Source: Methanobacteriota archaeon (lineage in GTDB: Archaea; Thermoplasmatota; Thermoplasmata; SG8-5; JAGLSY01). Taken from it: a stretch of 64,000 bases of DNA. A program made the translations under genes and the position numbers. The notes below the pieces were generated by a model. The model worked only from the letters and a program-made list of their open reading frames with translations, was not told the origin of the DNA and ran no database searches. Positions 50,487 through 59,972 of the stretch are shown here, one piece after another (position 1 is the stretch's first letter; each line of letters begins with the position of its first letter). The stretch lies in assembly GCA_020696385.1 (NCBI GenBank), contig JAEHCQ010000001.1, forward strand, positions 352,001 through 416,000, given 5' to 3'.

Positions 50487-51503
50487 ATGATCTCCAAATG
50501 CGTGGTCGTACCCAGGAGTAAAGGGGAGACCATACGTAAAAAGCTTTCAGACGAAGATCTGCTTAGAAAGGATCTTCGTATCATGTCATCCGAGACAGAT
50601 ATCTTCATCCCGATATCTGTAGATCCTGATAATGAGCCAGAGCTTTGTTTCCCGATCACTGAAATGGATTTTGAAGAGGTGGAGCTGGCGAAGGGATACA
50701 GGGAATTGGCCGATGTTCCTGACCAATTTAAGGATCTTTTACCATCTTCATTCGACATAATAGGAGACATCTGCATAATCAAGCTGGCAGATGAGCTACA
50801 GCCCTATTCCAGAAATATCGGGGAGGCCATCCTGAAGGCTAACAGCAACCTGAAGGTCGTGACACTGGACGGTGGTGTGAAGGGGGAGTTTCGAACTCGC
50901 GATATAAGTATCATCGCGGGAGAAAGACGAACAACGACAATTCACAAAGAATTCGGGTTGCGGCTGGAAATGGACATAGCCAGTGTTTATTTCTCACCCA
51001 GACTGTCTGGAGAGAGAAGGCGAGTGGCAGACCTGGTCGAGAATGACGAGATAATTCTCGACATGTTCGCGGGTGTGGGCCCTTTCTCCATAATGATAGC
51101 CAGGGATAAGAAAGCGAAAGAAATTCATGATATCGATATAAATCCGGATGCCATTGTTTACCTTGAAAAGAATATCATGCTGAACAAAGTGGAGAACGTA
51201 TCCCATTATCTGGGAGATGCCAGATCAGTGATATGCGGTCTTCCGAATGCCGACCGCATCATTATGAACTTACCACACAGTTCCCTTGATTTTCTGGGAA
51301 CTGGCCTCGACATGCTGCAACCAGGAGGAATCATCCATCTTTACCTCATCACGGAGAATGAGGAACTGGAGGACATTTCCGTGAAAATAACGGAAATGGC
51401 TGAGAGCTTTGGTCATCCAGTAAAGATAGGGGCGAAGAAAATGGTGCATACCTATTCTCCAACATCTGGCTTGTATGTATTTGATCTGATTTCGACATTG
51501 TGA
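50487..51503 (+). CDS. trm5: Trm5/Taw2-family tRNA methyltransferase
   Basis: SFDIIGDI, YFSPRL, DMFAGVGPF, RIIMNLP. Confidence 0.88.
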   Translation: MISKCVVVPRSKGETIRKKLSDEDLLRKDLRIMSSETDIFIPISVDPDNEPELCFPITEMDFEEVELAKGYRELADVPDQFKDLLPSSFDIIGDICIIKLADELQPYSRNIGEAILKANSNLKVVTLDGGVKGEFRTRDISIIAGERRTTTIHKEFGLRLEMDIASVYFSPRLSGERRRVADLVENDEIILDMFAGVGPFSIMIARDKKAKEIHDIDINPDAIVYLEKNIMLNKVENVSHYLGDARSVICGLPNADRIIMNLPHSSLDFLGTGLDMLQPGGIIHLYLITENEELEDISVKITEMAESFGHPVKIGAKKMVHTYSPTSGLYVFDLISTL

Positions 51504-51589
51504 TGTTTGGTGGGGATGCCCAAAATACATTTAAATATCGATATAGTGTATTTGTTCATATCTAAGATAGATTAAATGGTGGAAGAGAT

Positions 51590-51781
51590 ATGAGAAGCGC
51601 GAAAATGTACTACCTTGGAATAATATCGATGTTCATCGGGACTATTCTCACATCAATGGGGGTGTATTATGGAAGTTCAACCAAATTCCACAGTACCCTG
51701 GCAGAGCAGGCCGAGACGATAATGATGGGTATTGGCTTTCTTGTAGCTGGGATACTTTTGTGGTTGCTATTTGAGGAATAA
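51590..51781 (+). CDS. Small 2-TM membrane protein
   Basis: Two hydrophobic helices and own TATA-like element. Confidence 0.6.
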   Translation: MRSAKMYYLGIISMFIGTILTSMGVYYGSSTKFHSTLAEQAETIMMGIGFLVAGILLWLLFEE

Positions 51782-51865
51782 AACACCACGAGCAGGGGAG
51801 CGGGGGGAAGGGCGCGACCTAGCGCAGTGGTGTGGGTGGGGGGTTTACCACATATTGGGGTGGGC

Positions 51866-52555
51866 CTAAACCAATTCCAATATATCCTTCAAGTCCCGAA
51901 CAAATACAGTATCGGGCTCCGGCAGCTCTCCCTTTGGCAAGTAGAGGACCGGATTCATTCCAACCTTTTTCGAGCCCTGATAATCATTTCTGTATGAGTC
52001 GCCAACGAACATTATTTCCTCTGGCTGGAGCTCCAGCATCTTCAAGGCGAACTCAAAGGGTCGAGGATTGGGCTTGGCAAATCCAGTTGTATTGCACCCG
52101 ACCACGATGTCGAAGTCAGATGGCTGTATTGGTAATTCCTCAAAAATGGTTTCTACCTCATCACGGAAACCATTGGTGACAATTCCGACCTTGATCCCCT
52201 TTTTCTTAAGCTGGATTATTGTACTTTCAGCATTTTTTAATAAATAGATATGAAGGACGATGAACCATCTATCGTAAATGTATTTTCCAAGATCTGGCTC
52301 AGCATCCATAAGGTCGATATGATCAAGGATGGCATTATTGTAATTGATATAGAAGTCCTCTGAAGAGATTCCGGAACGGTCGCCAACCTCCTGGTCAGGA
52401 GCTGGCTCATCAGAATATTTTACCAGTGCCTCCTTTATGATATCTGGAGGCACGTCATATCCCTTTTCCCTGAGTATTCTGGAAAAGGTTCCCTCTGTTG
52501 TTCGACTGTCTATCAGCGTATTGCCCATGTCGAAAAGAACTGCTTTAATTCCCAA
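51866..52555 (-). CDS. HAD family hydrolase
   Basis: LFDMGNTL, VTN, KPNP, FVGDSYRND; TTG start at 52555. Confidence 0.9.
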   Translation of the reverse strand: MGIKAVLFDMGNTLIDSRTTEGTFSRILREKGYDVPPDIIKEALVKYSDEPAPDQEVGDRSGISSEDFYINYNNAILDHIDLMDAEPDLGKYIYDRWFIVLHIYLLKNAESTIIQLKKKGIKVGIVTNGFRDEVETIFEELPIQPSDFDIVVGCNTTGFAKPNPRPFEFALKMLELQPEEIMFVGDSYRNDYQGSKKVGMNPVLYLPKGELPEPDTVFVRDLKDILELV

Positions 52556-53024
52556 GGTTGACCCCTCTCTGTCCCTGGTAGTTTCCGGAGCGCTCGGCAT
52601 ATTGCTTGTCCGCTGTAGAGTCCAGCCATTCGAACACGATCTGGCAGAAGCGGTCGCCAATAGGAATGATAATATCCTTATCGGATGAGTTGAAGGCCGA
52701 TAAGGTAAGTGTTCCTTCGAAGCCAGCATCCACCTTGCCGAATGATGATAATACACCACGGCGTGCCCAGGATGTTCTGATCCAAAGCTGCGAGGTGATA
52801 GCTGGTCCGAACCGGACGTATTCTTTCGTACTGACTGCGAACCAGGTCATCGGAGGTATTCGGACATCGCCTTCTGTTATCAACTGGCCGTCCTGACCCA
52901 CCTTGATCTCGGATATAACTAAGTCATATCCGTTGGGAGTTAGGTTCTTCTCAACAAAATCGTCAATACCAAGCTGACCATCTTCCATCGCCTTGAGTAT
53001 TCCATTATCGGATAATATCGCCAT
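52545..53024 (-). CDS. dcd: dCTP deaminase
   Basis: ILSD, PNGYDL, RTSWARRG, VDAGFEG, YQGQRGV. Confidence 0.92.
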   Translation of the reverse strand: MAILSDNGILKAMEDGQLGIDDFVEKNLTPNGYDLVISEIKVGQDGQLITEGDVRIPPMTWFAVSTKEYVRFGPAITSQLWIRTSWARRGVLSSFGKVDAGFEGTLTLSAFNSSDKDIIIPIGDRFCQIVFEWLDSTADKQYAERSGNYQGQRGVNLGN

Positions 53025-53174
53025 GGACACCGGAATGCGGTATTGATTAAAAACTTTACAATCCATTATACGCACGATTCGCCAGAAATATTATTCATAA
53101 TTCGTGGGTGGGTTGTATTGTTTTCTCAGTGAGGCGGGGGCGGTAGCCAGGTGGGGGCAGTGAAGATAATATAC

Positions 53175-54173
53175 TTATTCCCATATATCCAAAAGCTTGC
53201 TGACATCCCCGGTCGTGCCCATCATTTCCTGGAAGTCCAGTGTGTCCAGCCATTCCGCCTTGCAAGTGCAGGAGAATTCCAGCTGGCTTGGATCCTGTGT
53301 CACGTAAAAGCGATCTATAGCCTCGAGGAACTGCTTATTGCATTTTTTACAATTATGCACACCCCTTCTGCTGCCCCCACCAGATGGGGAGGACACTATC
53401 CTTGAATCTGTTGCCTCGACCGACCTTTTCAGAACCTCGGCCAGACTCCATAACCATGGGGGTCTATACAGTCCTTTTTTCCACATACCTTCGACCATCG
53501 TCCACCTTTGAACATTTATCGGATTGAATGAAATTGTATCTGATAGCGCGTCAGCCTTGATGGCCGATTCAACCGCATCCTCTATAGCCTGCCTTTCTGT
53601 AAGGTATGGTGGCTTCAGGAGGATGTACGTTCTTACCTTGACACCCTTTTCTTTCAGAATTGTAGCCGCACGCTCGAAATTCGCGAATGTAAATCCTTTA
53701 TTAACACATTTTTTTCTGATATCATCATTCGCAGTTTCCAGGCCGATAGCGACCTCCAGACTGCTTACATGCTCCAGTGCCCTGTCGATGATATTCGCTG
53801 TGATGAACTCAGGTCTGGATTCCACCAGCACATGGTTCTTGCCACCATCTCCGGCCATCACCAGGATCTTCTCCCTGGTGTCATCCGTCATTTCCCTATT
53901 ATCGAAAAAGCTTCCAGAGGTGTAGATCTTGACGTATCCTTCTCCTTTGTATTTTTCCATGGCGGATGTGAATTGAGCCTGCAGATCATCTTCCGTGATA
54001 CCAGATGTCGTGTCATTGGAATAACCGCACATCAAACAACCGGATTTGGATGACCAGTAACAGCCTCTGCCTCTGAGGATGACGACCAGTGCATCCAACT
54101 GATCTGTATTGAGAAACTCCTTCTCACTCCACACGGCAATGGGTTTGTCGGTCTTCGGGGTTTTATCACGCAT
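53175..54173 (-). CDS. Archaeosine biosynthesis radical SAM protein RaSEA
   Basis: RGRGCYW...GCLMCGY, KIYTSGSF, VESRPE, YRPPWLWS, HNC. Confidence 0.9.
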   Translation of the reverse strand: MRDKTPKTDKPIAVWSEKEFLNTDQLDALVVILRGRGCYWSSKSGCLMCGYSNDTTSGITEDDLQAQFTSAMEKYKGEGYVKIYTSGSFFDNREMTDDTREKILVMAGDGGKNHVLVESRPEFITANIIDRALEHVSSLEVAIGLETANDDIRKKCVNKGFTFANFERAATILKEKGVKVRTYILLKPPYLTERQAIEDAVESAIKADALSDTISFNPINVQRWTMVEGMWKKGLYRPPWLWSLAEVLKRSVEATDSRIVSSPSGGGSRRGVHNCKKCNKQFLEAIDRFYVTQDPSQLEFSCTCKAEWLDTLDFQEMMGTTGDVSKLLDIWE

Positions 54174-54296
54174 TGCGGGCTCATGGATATCTTTCTATAT
54201 ATTGATTATTGAATGATAGTCGCATTTTACATTTCACATTATTCGATCGAATATAATAGAATATAATAAAATCAATTACCGTATTGTGTCGTGGGT

Positions 54297-55259
54297 ATGG
54301 AGATCGATATCCCGAAAAGATCGGACATTGAAGAAGCACATCGGCGCATCCAGCCTCACATCAGGCGGACACCCGTCAAGTCATCGGATGTCATAGATGC
54401 GGAACTTGAAGCAAATCTATTCTTCAAGTGCGAGAACCTCCAGGTATGCGGGGTGTTCAAGCCTCGCGGAGCGTCCAATGCAGTTTTTTCACTGAGTGCG
54501 GAGGAAGCGGAGAATGGAGTTGCGACCCATTCTTCAGGCAATCACGCCCAGGCACTTGCTTACGCGGCCAAGAAGAGAGGAATATCGGCCCATATCGTCA
54601 TGCCCCGAACAGCTCCCGAGATCAAGGTGGAAGCTGTCAGATCCCATGGCGGCCAGATCACTTTCTGCGAGCCAAATCAGAAGGCTCGCGAAGACACCCT
54701 GGAAAAGATCGTGCAGGAAATAAGCGCACGATTCATCCATCCTTATGACGATCCAGTCATAGTCGCGGGGCAGGCGACATCCGCCCGCGAGCTTATCCAA
54801 GACCATCCCGACCTCGACATAATAATCGGGCCAGTGGGAGGTGGTGGGTTCATGTCCGGCACCTGTCTGGCAGCCAGATATTGGTCACCAAATACAATAT
54901 TGATAGGAGCGGAACCGAAAGGCGCGGATGATGCCTTTCGTTCACTGAAAGCCGGCCACATCATACCATCGATAGACCCGGACACGATAGCGGACGGTCT
55001 GCTGACATCACTGGGAATCATCAACTTCGAAATTCTCAGCCAGGACCTTGAGAGAATTATCACAGTTAGTGAGGATAATATCGTCAGGGCGATGAGGCTA
55101 ATTTACGACCATCTGGATATGATGGTCGAACCCTCGGGAGCCGCGAGCCTGGCCGCCCTATTAGAAAGTGAGATAGATATCAGTGGAAAGAAGGTGGGGG
55201 TCATGGTGTCTGGCGGGAATATCGACCTAGATATGTTTAGGGAATTAATCAATAAATAA
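54297..55259 (+). CDS. PLP-dependent serine/threonine dehydratase or serine racemase
   Basis: KCENLQ...FKPRGA, SSGNHAQA, PVGGGG, EPSGA, SGGN; no ACT domain. Confidence 0.9.
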   Translation: MEIDIPKRSDIEEAHRRIQPHIRRTPVKSSDVIDAELEANLFFKCENLQVCGVFKPRGASNAVFSLSAEEAENGVATHSSGNHAQALAYAAKKRGISAHIVMPRTAPEIKVEAVRSHGGQITFCEPNQKAREDTLEKIVQEISARFIHPYDDPVIVAGQATSARELIQDHPDLDIIIGPVGGGGFMSGTCLAARYWSPNTILIGAEPKGADDAFRSLKAGHIIPSIDPDTIADGLLTSLGIINFEILSQDLERIITVSEDNIVRAMRLIYDHLDMMVEPSGAASLAALLESEIDISGKKVGVMVSGGNIDLDMFRELINK

Positions 55260-55323
55260 TGATTTTTAACATCTAGATCGATTGAATCGCATTCACTCTC
55301 AATCCAGAACAAGTGGGGTCATG

Positions 55324-55459
55324 CCCCGTCTAAATTACAGTATTTTCTCAGTTGGCGGGCGGGGTCCTATATTCAATGATCCAGTAAGTGACAATCACCA
55401 ATTTATATTTCGTAAAACCCCGTCTGGATAACAGTATTTCATCAACTGGAAGGCGGGGT
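55324..55459. repeat. Two copies of a 42-bp imperfect palindromic element
   Basis: 55324-55365 and 55418-55459, 33/42 identical, CCCCGTCT...GGCGGGGT ends. Confidence 0.75.
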
Positions 55460-55461
55460 TA

Positions 55462-55513
55462 TTTTTTTAATATTCAGAGCGAGCGCGCTCTGAATTAAAA
55501 AAATAAAAAAAAG
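55462..55513. terminator. Hairpin flanked by T and A tracts
   Basis: ATTCAGAGCG/CGCTCTGAAT stem between convergent genes. Confidence 0.6.
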
Positions 55514-55686
55514 GGGGGAGGTAATCGTGATTTGTGATTTGGTTTGGTAACCCTTTTCTGACTACCTTTGGTCTATTTTGGGTCCCATCCCGGGTGAAAC
55601 AAGTTCACCGTTTGATTTCGTCGTTGTCGGGGAGTATTCCCCAGGTGCATCCATACTTACACTTCTGTAAGTCACCCTCAATTTCC

Positions 55687-55977
55687 CTATAGTTTCAGAA
55701 GCTTTTCTTCCAGGGCCACAGCGTTCTCCACGGCCTGTTCAGCCGCCTGGATCTTCTGTATCTTGTCTGGAACAAGCTCTATTCGCTCATAGATCATGTC
55801 CCTGACCGCTGCCCTTATAGCTTCAGAACGCGATGGGAAATCGTCTGCTCTGACAAGATAATCAATAGCCTTCAGATACCGCTTTGGTATCCGGATAGTG
55901 ATCTTCTCATTGTCGCCTTCCATTTTTATCCACTCCGGCGTTGTTTGTACCTCTTTCGCCTTACGCTTGTCGGACAA
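55687..55977 (-). CDS. Ribbon-helix-helix regulator, CdrS-like
   Basis: EKITIRIP...FPSRSEAIRAAVRDMI resembles the archaeal cell-division regulator CdrS. Confidence 0.8.
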   Translation of the reverse strand: MSDKRKAKEVQTTPEWIKMEGDNEKITIRIPKRYLKAIDYLVRADDFPSRSEAIRAAVRDMIYERIELVPDKIQKIQAAEQAVENAVALEEKLLKL

Positions 55978-56148
55978 TCCTATATCCCCTCACTTATATT
56001 TAAAGGTTTAGGTTTTAATAAGATATATAGAAATAACTGTATAATTTATAGCCAGTAGATGTGCAAATATTAGAATGTGACTGATACATAGTGATTATAC
56101 ACCATTTTCATCAAGCTTAAATAACCGTGTTGAATTAGCCGTCATAAC

Positions 56149-56793
56149 ATGGCTAATGATGTATTCAGATTAACATACGAACCACCCAATAAACGCAAGA
56201 TAATGGGTTTCAGCCAGGCGGAGTTCAAGGATCTGGGCATCGCGATGTTGGTATTATCCATTGCCTTTTCCATAGTTTTCAGCGGAGGCATCCAGAATAT
56301 AGATTGGGTCGCATTCCCATTGTTCTTCCTTGTAGCTGCTATTGCAGTTCTGACAGCCTTTGTATTTCATGAGCTCGCACACAAGTTCGTGGCCCAGAAA
56401 TATGGGTGCTGGGCGGAGTTCAGATCATGGCAAGCGGGACTGATGATGGCATTGGTATTCTCCATGATGGGATTTCTCTTCGCGGCTCCGGGAGCCGTCA
56501 TGGTCATGGGAAATGTGACCAAAAGTCAGAATGGTAAGATAAGCGCCGCGGGGCCAGCGACCAATATCACCATCGCGACAATCGCCTACACGATTTCCTT
56601 CCTGATGGGTGATTCGGATATTGGTTTCATAATCTTCTTCATTGGAACCGTCAATGCCTTCATAGGGGCATTCAATATGATCCCCTTCATGCCTTTTGAT
56701 GGGGCCAAGATCGTGAAGTGGAGCATTCCCGTATATGTGGTAATGCTGGCCGCTGTCCTGGTCCTGGTCGCGATCGGCTATGGCATCATCTGA
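56149..56793 (+). CDS. Site-2 protease (M50) family
   Basis: HELAH, AAGP, FNMIP..FDG. Confidence 0.92.
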   Translation: MANDVFRLTYEPPNKRKIMGFSQAEFKDLGIAMLVLSIAFSIVFSGGIQNIDWVAFPLFFLVAAIAVLTAFVFHELAHKFVAQKYGCWAEFRSWQAGLMMALVFSMMGFLFAAPGAVMVMGNVTKSQNGKISAAGPATNITIATIAYTISFLMGDSDIGFIIFFIGTVNAFIGAFNMIPFMPFDGAKIVKWSIPVYVVMLAAVLVLVAIGYGII

Positions 56794-56860
56794 TTATCTG
56801 ATTATAATCATGATAATCAGATAGCAGGTTTTTTAAGCATGTCCAGCAATTATCAATTGT

Positions 56861-57505
56861 ATGCGACACACTGTTCCGACAATGATATTATTATCCATTG
56901 TCGTTGTACTTGGCCTGGTATCAATCCAGACAGTAGCTCAGACACTTCCAGATCAAACAAGATTGGGGTATGGATATCATGACATCGATGTCACATTGGA
57001 CATCGATGAGATCTCGGTGTATAAGATCCACCTTAAAATGGGAGATAAATTCATTGTGAACTTGGAGGTCAACATGGGCGGGCCAGTGGATTTCATCCTG
57101 ATGGACAATTACACATTGTATCTCATGGCGGAAGATGGCGATCTTCTGAATGATGAAGGTGAATTGGTATTCTTGCAGAAGGGCACTAGCACGGATTCCT
57201 ACGAAATATCTTATGACCATTCAGCAAAGTTCGATGACACCCTTTACCTGATATTGGACAATAGTGATTTCACAGAGACTGGTGCTTCACCCATAGGAGA
57301 GGTAAGGATCACTGGCTCCATAGATGTGAGGGAAAGTGTCTGGACCATTCAGAATATAATCATCACAATAGTGATCGTCATCGTCATAATCGCGATCTTT
57401 GTCGGAATAAGATTGCCACCCGGGAAAAAGAATGTGGATAGTAGAAATGTCCATCAAAAAAACAATGTGAAGAAGAAAAATACAAAAAGAGACGCACGCC
57501 GATAG
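56861..57505 (+). CDS. Secreted, C-terminally membrane-anchored hypothetical protein
   Basis: Signal peptide, beta-rich domain, single TM, basic tail. Confidence 0.75.
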   Translation: MRHTVPTMILLSIVVVLGLVSIQTVAQTLPDQTRLGYGYHDIDVTLDIDEISVYKIHLKMGDKFIVNLEVNMGGPVDFILMDNYTLYLMAEDGDLLNDEGELVFLQKGTSTDSYEISYDHSAKFDDTLYLILDNSDFTETGASPIGEVRITGSIDVRESVWTIQNIIITIVIVIVIIAIFVGIRLPPGKKNVDSRNVHQKNNVKKKNTKRDARR

Positions 57506-57536
57506 AGATTTATGGATTCCCGTTGATAAGGAGCGG

Positions 57537-58133
57537 ATGTATTCTGATGAGGATGGGGAATTAGCCGTTAGATATGCCAGGGCTTTGATCGAATATTATG
57601 TCAAGAATGATGGTAAGCCGGATGTCCAGCTTCCCGAACATTTCAATGAGATGTCCGGGGCCTTTGTCACTCTGAACACTTATCCAGAAGGGGATCTCAG
57701 GGGGTGTATAGGCTACCCGGTTCCGTACTTCCCACTCAAAGAAACATTGGAGAAGGCCGCCGAGGGAGCTATCCAGGATCCAAGATTTCCGAGATTGAGA
57801 AAAAGAGAGCTCGACCTGGTGGTTGTGGAAGTCAGTATACTCAGCCCCCCGGAACTTATCAATGTCGAAAAACCATTGGATTATCTGAAAGAGATCGTCG
57901 TTGGACGTGATGGTTTGATCGTGGAAATGGGCGATTACAAAGGCCTGCTCCTGCCCCAGGTGCCAGTCGAATGGAAATGGGATGTCAAGACTTATCTTTC
58001 TCAGACCTGTTTGAAAGCAGGTCTGAGACCGGATGCTTGGCTCGAACCGGATATCCAGATATTCAAATTCAGCGGCCAGGTATTCTCAGAGAAAAAGCCA
58101 AAGGGCGATATCACAAGGAAGGACCTTGCATGA
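57537..58133 (+). CDS. AMMECR1-domain protein
   Basis: GAFVTL, LRGCIG, DPRF, GLLLPQV. Confidence 0.93.
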   Translation: MYSDEDGELAVRYARALIEYYVKNDGKPDVQLPEHFNEMSGAFVTLNTYPEGDLRGCIGYPVPYFPLKETLEKAAEGAIQDPRFPRLRKRELDLVVVEVSILSPPELINVEKPLDYLKEIVVGRDGLIVEMGDYKGLLLPQVPVEWKWDVKTYLSQTCLKAGLRPDAWLEPDIQIFKFSGQVFSEKKPKGDITRKDLA

Positions 58134-59380
58134 CCGAGCTGGATCTAGTAATCAAAGGAAGAGTCCTGATAGGCAATGAGATGCAGACCATCTGCATCGG
58201 GATCGAAGATGGGAAGATAACTGTTCTGGGAAAGGATCTGGATGGTGATAAATTCCTTGATTATTCCAAATATCTCATAATGCCAGGCGGCATCGATATC
58301 CACACTCATATGCGAGATCCAGGATTTACAGATAAAGAGGATTTTCACACCGGGACAATGGCAGCTGCCTTTGGAGGAACGACAACCATAATGGATATGC
58401 CAAACACCCGGCCGATGGTGACAAATGTGAGTCAGCTGAAGGACAAGCTTGACATCATAGGAAAAAAGGCCAATGTGGATTATGGCCTTTATGCCTCACT
58501 AACACCAGATTCAGATATCAAAGTATTGAAAGAATTGGCCGTGGGCTTCAAGCTCTTCATGGCCGAGACAACATCCGCAGTTCCAATTTCAGAGGAGGAT
58601 ATCAGGAATAAACTGGCAGACCCTGAATTGGAGGGGCAGGTAGTTAGTGTTCATGCTGAATCTCCAGAGAGGTTTAGGGATATCGAGGTCACAAGCCTCG
58701 ATACCCATGATGATTCAAGACCAGCTTCGGCCGAGATCATCGCTGTTGAAAATATCACCCAGATGAAAACATCCGCCATCATGCATTTCGCTCATTTGAC
58801 AGATCTCATGTCCTTTGAAAAGGCCTTCGGATACAGTAATGAGATCACACCACATCATATGTTCCTCAGCACATCCAGTGACCTTGGTGCGAGGGGCAGG
58901 GTCAATCCCCCTTTGAGAAACATCAGGGAACAGGCCTCGCTCTTCACAGCCTTCGTGAAAGCACAGGTGGGGATCATAGCCAGTGATCATGCTCCGCATA
59001 CCATGGATGAGAAAAAAATGCCTTTCGGAGAAGCTCCCAGTGGACTGCCGGGTGTTGAGACCAGGCTTCCGATGATGCTGGCGCTTGTTCAATCAGAACA
59101 AGTCAGCCTCAGATTGGTGCAGGCAACTTGCTGTCACAATCCTGCCAGATTATTCTCATTGTCCAAGGGACAGATCGATGTTGGATTCGATGCAGATCTA
59201 TCCATATTTGATATGACCAAAAACACCAAGATCAAGGGAGAGCGATTGCATTCCAAATGTGGCTGGACGCCCTTTGAGGATTATAATGCGATATTCCCAG
59301 ACCATGTTTTCTTGAGGGGAAGAAAGATAATCTCAGATGGGAAACTGATAGAATCTGGAACTGGCAGAAATATTGTTTAA
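58130..59380 (+). CDS. pyrC: Dihydroorotase family amidohydrolase
   Basis: DIHTHMRDPG, DMPNT, NPPLR, ASDHAPH. Confidence 0.88.
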   Translation: MTELDLVIKGRVLIGNEMQTICIGIEDGKITVLGKDLDGDKFLDYSKYLIMPGGIDIHTHMRDPGFTDKEDFHTGTMAAAFGGTTTIMDMPNTRPMVTNVSQLKDKLDIIGKKANVDYGLYASLTPDSDIKVLKELAVGFKLFMAETTSAVPISEEDIRNKLADPELEGQVVSVHAESPERFRDIEVTSLDTHDDSRPASAEIIAVENITQMKTSAIMHFAHLTDLMSFEKAFGYSNEITPHHMFLSTSSDLGARGRVNPPLRNIREQASLFTAFVKAQVGIIASDHAPHTMDEKKMPFGEAPSGLPGVETRLPMMLALVQSEQVSLRLVQATCCHNPARLFSLSKGQIDVGFDADLSIFDMTKNTKIKGERLHSKCGWTPFEDYNAIFPDHVFLRGRKIISDGKLIESGTGRNIV

Positions 59381-59479
59381 TAGATATCCATAACCATCCG
59401 GCATCTAGAATTATAACTATATAGATAAATTATAGATGTAGATCATAAAGATATAAGATCATTAAAAATTATTATATTG

Positions 59480-59518
59480 AAAAGGGAAAAGGGCGACCCG
59501 GAAATTGTAACCGGGTCG
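59480..59518 (-). terminator. Terminator of the ribosomal protein operon
   Basis: CGACCCGG/CCGGGTCG stem plus pyrimidine tract on the minus strand. Confidence 0.65.
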
Positions 59519-59627
59519 ATTTTGCCTGAACTGGAATGATACGCATAGCTAGGTTAAGCCTACGGCCATGTGGGCGACAATCATCAAGATGATTGCTTTC
59601 AGTTGACATGACCGTGATATGGCCTAT

Positions 59628-59933
59628 CTAACCGAACAATGCACCGAGACCGGCTGCTGCGTCTTCCTCTGTTGCTGCTTCTTCTTCGGGCTCTTCTTCC
59701 TTCTTAGCCTCTGCTGGTGCTGCTGCTCCTGCTGCTGCAGGTGCTGCTGCTGGTGCGGCCACCGCGGTTTTCATTGCTTCCTCGATGTCCACGCCGTCAA
59801 GAGATGCGGCCAATGCCTTTATTCTGGAAGTGTCGGCTTCGACACCTGCAGCCTTCAAGATATTTGCTATCGCGGTCTCATTGATTTCCTTCCCAGCTGA
59901 GTGAAGGATCATTGCGCTGTATATATATTCCAT
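59628..59933 (-). CDS. rpl12: Ribosomal stalk protein P1/L12
   Basis: [11 protein letters not shown]...[10 protein letters not shown]. Confidence 0.97.
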   Translation of the reverse strand: MEYIYSAMILHSAGKEINETAIANILKAAGVEADTSRIKALAASLDGVDIEEAMKTAVAAPAAAPAAAGAAAPAEAKKEEEPEEEAATEEDAAAGLGALFG

Positions 59934-59972
59934 TTCTTATTCCTCCTATATGATCTATTGATTCTTATCTAC

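Noticed and set aside
59529-59604. Hammerhead ribozyme
   Set aside because: The core CUGANGA and GAAA motifs are not present in the right positions
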